Positions 1 through 11,071 of a stretch of 64,000 nucleotides of DNA are shown here, one piece after another (the stretch's first letter is position 1; every line of letters begins with the position of its first letter). A program made the translations under genes and the position numbers. The DNA comes from Candidatus Eiseniibacteriota bacterium. GTDB taxonomy: Bacteria > Orphanbacterota > Orphanbacteria > Orphanbacterales > Orphanbacteraceae. Location of the stretch: contig JBDROZ010000072.1 of assembly GCA_043809585.1 (NCBI GenBank), positions 1 through 64,000 on the forward strand, read 5' to 3'. The notes below the pieces were generated by a model, which made no database searches, had not been told where the DNA came from, and saw nothing but the letters and a program-made list of their open reading frames with translations.

Positions 1-77
1 GGAGCCCGGCGAAGGAGGAACGCCTTCGCAGCCCCTGATCCCGAGCCGCAGTAGGAACCGGACGAGGTCGTCGGGCC

Positions 78-2165
<2,088 letters not shown>

Positions 2166-2269
2166 GCCTGATTGCTCCTAATTGCAATCCAGCCGTCCCC
2201 GAGTGGAATGAGTGGGTCGATGTTCACGGGGTGAACCGTATCGGGACGGACGGACTGCGGCGAGTGCCA

Positions 2270-2539
2270 CTACTTCCGGAGACCCAACTCCTTGACGATC
2301 GCGCGGTACCGGTCGATCTTGTTCGCCTTGAGGTAATCCAAGAGGCGACGGCGTCGACCGACGAGACGCAAGAGGCCCCGGCGTGAGTGGTGGTCCTTTT
2401 TGTGGACCTTGAAGTGATCCGTAAGGTAGGTAATGCGCTCGGTGAGGAGCGCGATCTGAACCTCGGGCGATCCTGAGTCCTTGTCGTGGATCCGGTATCG
2501 ACCGATGATCTGTTGCTTGGATTCTCTGGTCAACGGCAA
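2270..2539 (-). CDS. rpsO: 30S ribosomal protein S15
   Basis: [13 protein letters not shown] and [11 protein letters not shown] motifs; TTG start after AGGAGG. Confidence 0.98.
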   Translation of the reverse strand: MPLTRESKQQIIGRYRIHDKDSGSPEVQIALLTERITYLTDHFKVHKKDHHSRRGLLRLVGRRRRLLDYLKANKIDRYRAIVKELGLRK

Positions 2540-2660
2540 CAGAAACTTCCTCCTGCTTTTGACCCGCGGGCGCCGCGGATCGACGAACTTGCCTTTTTTC
2601 CGGAAGTTACGCTTTTTCTCTTAGACGCACTCTCCCATTCGCCGTAAATCTAGCAAACAG

Positions 2661-3626
2661 TCAAAATCGTGTAAAGACAAATTTTCGGGAACCTTCCCGG
2701 AGGGCGCCCCGCCCCTCCTCCCGGTCCCGCCCGATCTGGGCGGAGAGCTCCTCGGGGGAGGCGAAAGCCCTCTCCCTACGGATTCTCCGGACGAAATGGA
2801 GCGCGAGCCTCTTTCCCACCAGATTTCCCTCGAAATCGAGAAGATGGGCCTCCACCTTCCGCTCCCCCCCCTCCCCAAAGGTCGGCCGAACGCCGATATT
2901 GACGAGGGCCGGATGCAGTTTTCCGGGTCCCTCCGCGAAGGCCGCGTATACTCCGTTGGCGGGCAACAGCTTATCAGGCGGCCACCCCTCGAGGTTCGCC
3001 GTCGGGAACCCGAGGGTTCGCCCCCGCCCGTCCCCGGCGACCACGGTCCCCGCCAGAGAGTGATGGCGCCTCAGGAGCCGGGACGCCCTTTCCACCTCCC
3101 CCGCCTCGATCTCGTCCCGGATCCAAGTCGATTTGACCGCACGGCCGTCGATTTCGTACGGCCCGACATGATCGACCGAAAACCCGTACTGTCCGCCGAG
3201 CTCGCCGAGGACCGTCCCGTTCCCCTCCCGGCCCCGGCCGAGACGAAAGTCGTACCCGACCACGAGCCGGGCCACCCGGAAGCGGGCGACCATGCGGGTC
3301 CGCACGAATTCCTCCGCCGGAGTCCCCGCGAACCGCCGGGTGAAGGGGATGACCACGAGGATGCCGACCCCCAGACTCTCGAGGATGGCGCTCTTCTCCT
3401 CCAGTGTGGTCAGGATTCGAGGGGAGCGGGGCGCCTGGAGAACGGCGCGCGGGTGGGGATCGAAGGTGTAGACGACCGGCGCGGCCTCCGTGGGGACCGC
3501 GCCGTCGACGAGGCGCCGGATGATCTCCCGGTGGCCGGCGTGGACCCCGTCGAAGACGCCGATGGCGATCGCGACGCGGCGGGCGGGCCTCTTCCATTCA
3601 TCGAGGGAGCGGATGATTTCCATCAT
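2661..3626 (-). CDS. ribF: Bifunctional riboflavin kinase/FAD synthetase
   Basis: IGVFDGVHAGH, GRTLGFPTANL, NIGVRPTF and VEAHLLDF motifs; start re-assigned to MMEIIR at the truB stop. Confidence 0.95.
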   Translation of the reverse strand: MMEIIRSLDEWKRPARRVAIAIGVFDGVHAGHREIIRRLVDGAVPTEAAPVVYTFDPHPRAVLQAPRSPRILTTLEEKSAILESLGVGILVVIPFTRRFAGTPAEEFVRTRMVARFRVARLVVGYDFRLGRGREGNGTVLGELGGQYGFSVDHVGPYEIDGRAVKSTWIRDEIEAGEVERASRLLRRHHSLAGTVVAGDGRGRTLGFPTANLEGWPPDKLLPANGVYAAFAEGPGKLHPALVNIGVRPTFGEGGERKVEAHLLDFEGNLVGKRLALHFVRRIRRERAFASPEELSAQIGRDREEGRGALREGSRKFVFTRF

Positions 3627-4528
3627 CAGTCCAGGGTGAGCACCTTGCGGAGCCGGCCTCCCTCCCCTTCCACCTCGACCACGCCGACGGGCCGGCCGCT
3701 CTTGTCCCGGATCCGGAGAAAGGCGCCGCCGGTCGGCGGGGAGTCGAGGGGTTCGAGGGCCTCGAGGGAGCGGGGGAGCGGGGGTCCGCCGTACCGTCCC
3801 GGCACGGCCCTGAGGATGCCCTCGGGGAGGGCGTCGACCGCCCGGCGGAGAGGCGTGTACATCTCCTCGATCCGTCCCTCGGCGGAGGCCTTTTCCAGCT
3901 CCTCGACGGTGGCCGCGTCCTCCACCCGGTGGGGACCGATGCGCACGCGGGAGAGCCGGTCGAGATAGGCGCCGCAGCCGAGTTCCTCTCCGATGTCCGA
4001 CGCGAGGGTCCGGACGTAGGTGCCTTTCGAACAGACGATGTGGACCTCCGCCACGGGCGGGTCGTAGCGAACGAGTTCGAACGAACGGACCCGGATCGGG
4101 CGCGCCTCCCGCTCCACGGTCTCCCCCCGGCGGGCGAGCCGGTAGAGCCGATTCCCCCCCACTTTCACTGCCGAGACCATGGGGGGCGTCTGCATGAGAT
4201 CGCCGCGGCGGCGGGAAATCGCCTCCCGGAGCATCTTCTCGGTCACGCCGGACGGGTCCCGCTCCTCCGTGACCTTGCCGTCCGCGTCCTGGGTGTCCGT
4301 CATCGCGCCGAAACGGAAGAAGCCGTGGTACTCCTTCTCGAGAAGCATGAAGTAGCGGGAGAGCTTCGTGCCCCTCCCGAGGCAGAGAAGAAGCACGCCC
4401 GTCGCGTTCGGGTCGAGGGTCCCCGCGTGCCCGATCTTCTGCTGGCCGAGAACGCGGCGCACCTTCGCCACCGCGTCGTGGGACGTCCACCCTTTCGGCT
4501 TGTCCAGGCTTAAGAGACCGTGGATCAC
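3626..4528 (-). CDS. truB: tRNA pseudouridine(55) synthase
   Basis: GHAGTLDPNATG and CSKGTYVRTL motifs. Confidence 0.97.
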   Translation of the reverse strand: MIHGLLSLDKPKGWTSHDAVAKVRRVLGQQKIGHAGTLDPNATGVLLLCLGRGTKLSRYFMLLEKEYHGFFRFGAMTDTQDADGKVTEERDPSGVTEKMLREAISRRRGDLMQTPPMVSAVKVGGNRLYRLARRGETVEREARPIRVRSFELVRYDPPVAEVHIVCSKGTYVRTLASDIGEELGCGAYLDRLSRVRIGPHRVEDAATVEELEKASAEGRIEEMYTPLRRAVDALPEGILRAVPGRYGGPPLPRSLEALEPLDSPPTGGAFLRIRDKSGRPVGVVEVEGEGGRLRKVLTLD

Positions 4529-4881
4529 GGGCCTTTTTCCTCGTCATGGATCCGGTCGAGAAGACGCTGGATCCGTTCGGCGTTGTCGAAGGAGGAATCC
4601 TCGAGGAACGTGAGCGTCGGCGCGTAGCGGATCTTGAGGTTCCGGCCGAGGCGTTTCCTCATCCGCCCGGCGGCGGCCGCCAGGATCTCGAAGGCCCGCT
4701 TCTTCTCCTCTTCCCCCCCCCGGACGACGATGTACACCTTCGCGTGGCGGAGATCGTCCGTGAGGTCCACGCCGGTGAACGTCACGAATCCGAGGTTCGG
4801 ATCCTTCAGGTCCCGGCGCACGAACTCGACCACCTCCTGCAATAGGAGGACCGAAACGCGGTCCGATCGTCGATAGGCCAT
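4525..4881 (-). CDS. rbfA: Ribosome-binding factor A
   Basis: DLRHAKVY and IRYAPTLTF motifs; infB-rbfA-truB synteny. Confidence 0.93.
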   Translation of the reverse strand: MAYRRSDRVSVLLLQEVVEFVRRDLKDPNLGFVTFTGVDLTDDLRHAKVYIVVRGGEEEKKRAFEILAAAAGRMRKRLGRNLKIRYAPTLTFLEDSSFDNAERIQRLLDRIHDEEKGP

Positions 4882-4929
4882 GGTCACGCTCTCGGTCGGA
4901 TCGGCGAACGCCGCCCGGGGCGGCGCCTT

Positions 4930-5211
4930 CTACAAGAACTCCGTTTCCACGTCGATCATCTCCGCCCGGGGCTCGCTCTCCACGAACCGGATCACCGCGG
5001 CGAGAGTGCGCTCGGCGTGGACCTTCTCGTTCGATACCACGGCCACCCCGATGGTGGCCCGCTGCCAAAGGTCGTGATGATCCACCTCGGCGACCGACAC
5101 GTTGTGCCGGTTCCGAATCCTCTCTTTCAAGCTCTTGACGACGGACCGTTTCGCTTTGAGGGATCCGGCCGCGGGGATGAAGAGGTGGATCCGGCACGTT
5201 CCGAGGATCAC
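4930..5211 (-). CDS. DUF503 (YlxP-like) protein
   Basis: SLKAKRSVVKSL and NVSVAEVDHHDLWQRA motifs; GTG start after AGGAGG; lies between infB and rbfA. Confidence 0.9.
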   Translation of the reverse strand: MILGTCRIHLFIPAAGSLKAKRSVVKSLKERIRNRHNVSVAEVDHHDLWQRATIGVAVVSNEKVHAERTLAAVIRFVESEPRAEMIDVETEFL

Positions 5212-5221
5212 GCGGGGCCTC

Positions 5222-7450
5222 CTACAGCTTGCGCGCGATCTCCTCGATCTGGAAGATCTCCATGATGTCTCCCTGCTGGAGATCGTGGAACCCGTCCAGG
5301 ATGATGCCGCACTCGTATCCCGACTGGACCTCCCGGACATCTTCCTTGAAGCGCCGGAGCGAGGCGATCCGGCCCTCGTAGATCACGTTCCCTTCGCGGA
5401 AGAGGCGGATGCGGGAGTTCCGGCTCACGCTCCCCGTTTGAACGTAGGAGCCGGCGACGACGCCGACCCGCCCGATCTTGAAGACCTCCCGGATCTCGAC
5501 CTTGCCCGTGATCTTCTGCCGGAGCTCAGGAGCGAGAAGGCCTTCCATCGCTTTCTGCACTTCCGAGACGGCTTCGTAGATGATCTGGTAGAAGCGGATG
5601 TCCACGCCCTCTTCCTTGGCGAGCCCGGCCGCTTTCACTTCCGCCTTCGCGTGAAAACCGATGATGATCGCCTTCGAGGCGGCCGCGAGAAGCACGTCCG
5701 ATTCGGTGATGCTCCCCACGGCCCGGCTGATCACCTCGACCGTGACCTGGTCGTTGGAGAGCTTCTGGAGCGAGTCGCTGAGGGCCTCCACCGACCCGTC
5801 CACGTCCCCCTTGATCACGAGCATCAGCTTCGGGACCGCGCCGGACTGGATCTGGCTGTAAACGTCTTCGAGGCTCATGCGCCTCTGGGTCCGGAGGGTT
5901 TGCTCCCGCTGTTGCTGCTGGCGTTTCGAGGCGATCTCCCTCGCCTCCCGCTCGTCGGCGACGACCATGAACGAGTCGCCCGCCTGGGGGGGGCCGGAAC
6001 TCCCGAGGACTTCCACCGGCGTGGAAGGCCCCGCCTCGGTCTTGACCCTTCCCCGTTCGTCGAAGAGGGCCCGGACCTTGCCCTGGTAGGGGCCGACCAC
6101 GAACGGATCGCCGATGCGGAGGGTTCCCTGCTGGATGAGCACCGTGGCGACCACGCCCCGGCCCTTGTCGAGAAGAGACTCCACCACGGACCCGCGGGCC
6201 TTGCGCCCCCGGTCCGCCTTCAACTCCATCATCTCCGCCGCGAGGAGAATCATCTCGAGCAGCTTGTCCACGCCGTCGCCGGTCTTGGCCGAAACCTCCA
6301 CCGCGATCGTCTTGCCGCCCCATTCCTCCACCTGAATCCCCCGATCGGCGAGCTGCTGCTTCACCCGCATCGGGTCCGCGGCGGGAAGGTCCATCTTGTT
6401 GATGGCCACGATGACCGGAACGCCGGCCGCCTTCGCGTGGTCGATGGCCTCCACGGTTTGGGGCATGACCTGCTCGTCGGCGGCGACCACGAGAATCACC
6501 AGGTCGGTCACCTGGGTCCCCCGGGCCCGCATGGCGCTGAAGGCCTCGTGACCGGGCGTGTCGAGGAAGGTGATCCGGCCCGCCTTCGTCTCGACCTCGT
6601 AGGCGCCGATGTGCTGGGTGATGCCGCCCACCTCGCCGGCGACGACATTCGACTTGCGGATGTAATCGAGGAGCTTCGTCTTCCCGTGGTCCACGTGGCC
6701 CATGATGGTGACCACCGGATGGCGCTCTTGGAGCTTACCCTCCGCCTCGTCCTCGTCGATCTCCGCGCCGTATTCGGAGAGGAAGTCGACCTGGAAGCCG
6801 AATTCGTCGGCCACCATCTCGATCACGTCCTTCTCGAGTCGGCGGTTCATGGTGACCATGAGACCGAAATCCATGCACTTGGCGATCACCTGGCTCGGGG
6901 TCACGTTCAACAGCCCCGCCAGCTCGGAGACGGTGGTGAACTCGCTCACCCGGATCAGATTCCCGGGAATCTCCTCCTCGTCATCCGCCCCCCCCGATTT
7001 CCGGCGACGACGCCGGCGTTTTCCGATCTCCAGGCCGGCGAGGGTCTTCTTGACGCTCTCCCGGACCGCCTTCTCGTCGACCGTGCGGCGGCGGCGGCCT
7101 CTCCCTCGGGCGTCCCTCTCCTGAGGCTGGGCCGGTTTCGCCGGTCTTGACGGCGCCGCGGGCCTCGACGGTTTCGACGGCACCGGCGGCTTCACGATCT
7201 TCTTCCGTGCCGCCGCCGCGGCGCCATCTTCCTTGCCGCGGGCCTCCTGAAGCTCCCTCTTCCGGTCCTCTTCCTTCTTGACCGCCCTCTTCTCGGCGTC
7301 GAACTTCTTCCGGATCTCCTCGATCAGGGCTTCGTCGATCGAACTCATGTGGCTCTTGACCTGGATGTTCATCTCCAGAAGCAGCTTCAGCATGGCTTCG
7401 CTGGAGACGTGAAAATCCTTCGCGACCTGATAGACCCGCATCTTAGCCAA
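5222..7450 (-). CDS. infB: Translation initiation factor IF-2
   Basis: [27 protein letters not shown] and INKMD GTPase motifs; TTG start. Confidence 0.98.
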   Translation of the reverse strand: MAKMRVYQVAKDFHVSSEAMLKLLLEMNIQVKSHMSSIDEALIEEIRKKFDAEKRAVKKEEDRKRELQEARGKEDGAAAAARKKIVKPPVPSKPSRPAAPSRPAKPAQPQERDARGRGRRRRTVDEKAVRESVKKTLAGLEIGKRRRRRRKSGGADDEEEIPGNLIRVSEFTTVSELAGLLNVTPSQVIAKCMDFGLMVTMNRRLEKDVIEMVADEFGFQVDFLSEYGAEIDEDEAEGKLQERHPVVTIMGHVDHGKTKLLDYIRKSNVVAGEVGGITQHIGAYEVETKAGRITFLDTPGHEAFSAMRARGTQVTDLVILVVAADEQVMPQTVEAIDHAKAAGVPVIVAINKMDLPAADPMRVKQQLADRGIQVEEWGGKTIAVEVSAKTGDGVDKLLEMILLAAEMMELKADRGRKARGSVVESLLDKGRGVVATVLIQQGTLRIGDPFVVGPYQGKVRALFDERGRVKTEAGPSTPVEVLGSSGPPQAGDSFMVVADEREAREIASKRQQQQREQTLRTQRRMSLEDVYSQIQSGAVPKLMLVIKGDVDGSVEALSDSLQKLSNDQVTVEVISRAVGSITESDVLLAAASKAIIIGFHAKAEVKAAGLAKEEGVDIRFYQIIYEAVSEVQKAMEGLLAPELRQKITGKVEIREVFKIGRVGVVAGSYVQTGSVSRNSRIRLFREGNVIYEGRIASLRRFKEDVREVQSGYECGIILDGFHDLQQGDIMEIFQIEEIARKL

Positions 7451-7492
7451 AACGTCTACTCCCAGGACTTTGGTCCGACTCCGGCCAGGCTA

Positions 7493-7873
7493 TCAGATTT
7501 GATCGTCCGCGCCAAGAGCATTCACGATCGACCGGGCGATATCCCGGTCGTAAATGTAGAGAACCTCGCACCGTCCCCGCCCCGCCGCTTCGGCCAGGCC
7601 GGCCCCATCGAGGGGGCCGAAAACGGGAACGGGGATTTCGGCCGCCCATCGCCGGATCGACCCGGCTTTCCGGTCGTCCATGTCCGAGGCGACGAGGATC
7701 ACCCCCCGGCCCTTCCGGCGGGCTTCCACCCGGGCCCCCGTGGGGCCCGCCACGATCCGACCGGTCCGAACGGCGAAGCGGATCAGGGTGATGATCCGCC
7801 GGGCCTTCCCGGGGTCCCCACGATCGCCCGGAGCCCTCTCACCGCCGCCGCCGCCTCCTCTTTCGACATCCAC
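7493..7873 (-). CDS. L7Ae/L30e-like (YlxQ-like) RNA-binding domain; start uncertain, possibly a frameshifted fusion with YlxR
   Basis: IITLIRFAVRTGRIVAG, VILVASD and LAEAAGR resemble YlxQ; lies between ylxR and infB. Confidence 0.6.
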   Translation of the reverse strand: MDVERGGGGGGERAPGDRGDPGKARRIITLIRFAVRTGRIVAGPTGARVEARRKGRGVILVASDMDDRKAGSIRRWAAEIPVPVFGPLDGAGLAEAAGRGRCEVLYIYDRDIARSIVNALGADDQI

Positions 7874-8049
7874 CGCGCGAGCCCCTTCTCGAGGCGGTCG
7901 ACGCACGGACCCGAGGGGCAGACGTAGAAGCCCCGGCCGGGGAGCGACGGTCCGATGAAGAGACCCTCCCCGGAGGGGCGAACGAAACGGATCAGCTCGT
8001 CCCGGCGCCCCCGGCGCCCGCATCCCCGACAGGTCCGGATCGGGCCCAT
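7783..8049 (-). CDS. YlxR/DUF448 family protein
   Basis: PIRTCRGC, ELIRFV and GRGFYVC..C motifs; directly after nusA. Confidence 0.85.
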   Translation of the reverse strand: MGPIRTCRGCGRRGRRDELIRFVRPSGEGLFIGPSLPGRGFYVCPSGPCVDRLEKGLARWMSKEEAAAAVRGLRAIVGTPGRPGGSSP

Positions 8050-8065
8050 CGCGCGGTCCGCCCGC

Positions 8066-9541
8066 CTATCCTTCCTCCGGCCGGCCATCCGGCTCTTCTT
8101 CCGTTTCATCTTCGTCCGTTTCCGCCGGCCGCTCCCCTTCCTCGGAGACCTCCTCCTCCGCCTCGGCATCCTCGTCCGACCCGTCGTCGTCCGGTTCGCC
8201 CTCCTCCTCCTCGCCCGCTTCGTCGACCTCCGATTCCTCGTCCCCCTCCTCCGGGGCCTCCTCTTCGCCGCTCACCGTCTTCTCCACCTCTTCCATCATG
8301 ATCTCGGCGGCGTCCATGATCTTCTCCGCCGTCTTCTCCCCGACACCCGGAAGCAGGCAGAGGGTTTCGAGGTCGAGCTTGAGAAGGTCCTGAACGAAGA
8401 CGTAGCCCTCCTGAATGAGGCGCTGGGCGAGCTTCGGACCGACACCCGGGAGGTTCTCGACGCCGACGAGAGGAAGGCCCTTGTCGTCCACTTCCTTCAC
8501 CTCGCCGATCTTCTCTTCCTCTTCCTTGACGAGGTCGATCTTCCACCCCGTGAGCTTCGCGGCGAGACGGGCGTTCTGGCCCTTCTTGCCGATCGCGAGG
8601 GAGAGCTGCCCCTCCGCGACGGAGACCCGCATGGTCTGCTCTTCCTCCACCATGACGATATCGGTCACCTTCGCGGGAGAGAGGGCCCTGGTGACGAAAA
8701 CTTTGGGATCGCTCGAGAAGGGGACGATGTCGATCCGCTCGCCCGAAAGTTCCCGGACCACCGCCTGGACCCGGGAACCCTTCATGCCGACACAGGCCCC
8801 CACCGGGTCGATGCGGTCGTCGTTCGAGATGACGGCGATCTTCGAACGCATGCCCGCTTCCCGCGCGACCGCCTTGATCTCCACGATCCCCTCGTAGACC
8901 TCGGGAACCTCCATCTTGAAGAGCTGCATGAGGAAGGACGGGTGGGTCCGGGAGAGAATGATCTGGGGCCCCCGCGTGTTCTTCTGCACGTCGATGATGG
9001 CCGCCCGAATGGTGTCCCCCTGACGGTAAGCCTCGCCCGGAATCTGCTCCCGGTACGGAAGGAGGGCCTCGCTCCGGCCGAGGTTGACGACCATGTCCCC
9101 CCGGTCGACCTGTTGAACCGAACCGGTGATCACCTCGGAGACCCGGTTTTGGAAGTCGTCGAAGACCTTCTCCCGCTCCGCTTCGCGCACCCGCTGCACC
9201 ACCACCTGCTTGACCGCCTGGATCGCGTTCCGGCCGAACTCCATGAGGGGAAGCTCGATGCGGAGCACGTGGCCCACGTCGATCTCGGGATCGTAGTCCC
9301 GGGCTTCCTCGAGGGAGGCCTCGAGGACCGGGTCTTCCACGTCGTCCACCACGTTCTTGAGCAGGTAGACGCCGAGCGTTTTCTTTTCCTCGTCCACGAT
9401 CACGTCGACCTCCGCCGTGACGCCGTGCTTCTTCCGCACCGCCGCGACCAGACCGGCCACCAGAGTCTCGATGACGAGATCCTTGTCGACGTTCTTCTCC
9501 CGGGCAATCTGCCCGAGCGCTTCGATCACTTCGAAATTCAT
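8066..9541 (-). CDS. nusA: Transcription termination/antitermination factor NusA with HhH repeat and acidic tail
   Basis: FGRNAIQAVKQ, DPVGACVGMKGSRV and AIGKKGQNARLAAKLTGW motifs. Confidence 0.97.
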   Translation of the reverse strand: MNFEVIEALGQIAREKNVDKDLVIETLVAGLVAAVRKKHGVTAEVDVIVDEEKKTLGVYLLKNVVDDVEDPVLEASLEEARDYDPEIDVGHVLRIELPLMEFGRNAIQAVKQVVVQRVREAEREKVFDDFQNRVSEVITGSVQQVDRGDMVVNLGRSEALLPYREQIPGEAYRQGDTIRAAIIDVQKNTRGPQIILSRTHPSFLMQLFKMEVPEVYEGIVEIKAVAREAGMRSKIAVISNDDRIDPVGACVGMKGSRVQAVVRELSGERIDIVPFSSDPKVFVTRALSPAKVTDIVMVEEEQTMRVSVAEGQLSLAIGKKGQNARLAAKLTGWKIDLVKEEEEKIGEVKEVDDKGLPLVGVENLPGVGPKLAQRLIQEGYVFVQDLLKLDLETLCLLPGVGEKTAEKIMDAAEIMMEEVEKTVSGEEEAPEEGDEESEVDEAGEEEEGEPDDDGSDEDAEAEEEVSEEGERPAETDEDETEEEPDGRPEEG

Positions 9542-10026
9542 CGTTTTCTCCCGGAACCCGCGCCCCCCGGCCCCTCGAACCAGAGCCGCGCTTTCGCGAT
9601 CTTATCCACGGGAATCCGTAACCTCTCCCCTTCTCGGTCGAGGAGGACCTCGTCCCCCTCGAGGCCGCCGAGGACCCCGGCCAGCTCCCGGACGCCTTCC
9701 CCGTTCACGTCGGCGTGGATCTTGACGGCCCGCCCCCGGAAGTGGTCGTACTCTTCCCGCCGCCGCAGCCTCCGATCGAGGCCGGGCGACGTGACCTCCA
9801 GGACGTATCGGGCGGGGGCCCGCCCCCACTCCTCGAGGTGGTCGCCGAGGGCCCTGTCGACCCGGACACAGTCGTCGATCGTCGCCCCGCCGTCGCCGTC
9901 GATGACGAACCGGAGGACCGTTCGGCGCCCGAGGGCCATCTCCACGTCGATCAGGGCCAGGCCTTCCCGTTCCACGACTCCGCAACAGACATCGTACAGT
10001 TCGTCGGCGATCTCCCGGGGTCCCAC
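9538..10026 (-). CDS. rimP: Ribosome maturation factor RimP
   Basis: TIDDC and YVLEVTSPGLDR motifs; overlaps the nusA start. Confidence 0.93.
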   Translation of the reverse strand: MGPREIADELYDVCCGVVEREGLALIDVEMALGRRTVLRFVIDGDGGATIDDCVRVDRALGDHLEEWGRAPARYVLEVTSPGLDRRLRRREEYDHFRGRAVKIHADVNGEGVRELAGVLGGLEGDEVLLDREGERLRIPVDKIAKARLWFEGPGGAGSGRKR

Positions 10027-10120
10027 GCCACTCCCCCTCCTCGCGCCTCGGACAATAAATATGCCCTCGACCGGCTACGCCCGAGGGCAACCCAAAGTAA
10101 AGGAGGAAACTCCGTTTCTG

Positions 10121-11071
10121 TCAAGGGATTTCGTGGCCGCCCCAGACCAGGTGGGCCAGGAGTTCGCCCACGGCGCCGAGGCTCGCGGCATCGCAGATTC
10201 CGGGCCTGTCCGCCGTGGTGTGCCACTCGGGAAAGCCGGTTCCGGCGAGCACGATCGCCGGAATTCCCGCTTCGATCCAGGGAACGTGATCGTCGTAGAG
10301 CTCGACCAGCCCCGCTTCGGGAAACCGCTCCGGCGAGATCCGGGCGCCCGTGTCGTGGACCTTCTCGACGAGGCGGGCGCAGCATTGAAGAGACGCCCTC
10401 TCCCGGTAGATCGTGAGGTCCCGGTGCCCCACCATGTCGATCACCACACCGTATTCGGGCCGAAAACCGGTGATTGCCGCCCCCGCCGCCAGGGCCCGGG
10501 AGCCGAGGCAGTACCCCTCCTCCGATCCGCTCTCCCCCTGGTCCTCGAGGTCGAAGAGGAGGAGGTCCACTCCGACGGGAGGAGGATCCCGCCGCATCAT
10601 CTCCGCGAGGACAAGAAGCACCGCGACCCCGCTGGCGCCGTCGTTCGCCCCCATCACCGGTTCCCCGCGGCGGAGAGGGTCGGGATCCCGGTCCGCGAGG
10701 GCCCGGCTGTCCCAGTGGGCGCCGAAGAAGATGCGCTCGTCCAAGTCGGTTCGGTACGAAGCGATCAGGTTCGTTCCGGAGAGGGCCTCTCCGGTCAGGG
10801 CGCTGACACCGCCGAAGGGCCGGATCGACACCTTCGCCCCCCGGGTTTCGAGTTCCCCTTCCAACCACTCCGCCATCGCCCCGTGGGCCTCGGTCCCGGG
10901 AACCCGGGGACCGAAGGCGACCTGGGTCTCGATCAGCCGGAGCGCCTCCCCCCCGTCGAACGCCGGGATCCCGGCGGCCGTGGGGGCCTCGGCGTCGCAC
11001 GCGGCGGCCCCCGCGATCAGGAGGGCGGCCAGGGTGACGCTAAAATTTGAAAAGCGCCGAGATACTCGCAC
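10121..11071 (-). CDS. M28 family Zn peptidase / glutaminyl-peptide cyclotransferase-like lipoprotein
   Basis: Lipobox-like AAAC; AHWDSR, GANDGASG, FDLED, DMVG, DDH and WHT motifs. Confidence 0.85.
   Translation of the reverse strand: MRVSRRFSNFSVTLAALLIAGAAACDAEAPTAAGIPAFDGGEALRLIETQVAFGPRVPGTEAHGAMAEWLEGELETRGAKVSIRPFGGVSALTGEALSGTNLIASYRTDLDERIFFGAHWDSRALADRDPDPLRRGEPVMGANDGASGVAVLLVLAEMMRRDPPPVGVDLLLFDLEDQGESGSEEGYCLGSRALAAGAAITGFRPEYGVVIDMVGHRDLTIYRERASLQCCARLVEKVHDTGARISPERFPEAGLVELYDDHVPWIEAGIPAIVLAGTGFPEWHTTADRPGICDAASLGAVGELLAHLVWGGHEIP

Noticed and set aside
9-29. Hairpin GCGAAGG...CCTTCGC downstream of pnp as a terminator
   Set aside because: No U-tract on the minus strand, and the context is cut off by the window edge
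2661-4547. Long N-terminal extensions in ORF-track calls for ribF, and likewise lptG, pgi/pmi, rpoN, kdsD, bamD, TolC and the CTD cargo
   Set aside because: The extensions are Arg/Gly/Pro-rich off-frame overlaps of the upstream gene; internal starts with RBS or stop-start coupling fit better
10027-10124. tRNA gene or promoter upstream of rimP
   Set aside because: No cloverleaf or T-loop motif; TTGACA is present but the best -10 (TACTTT) is 19 nt away, too weak to call
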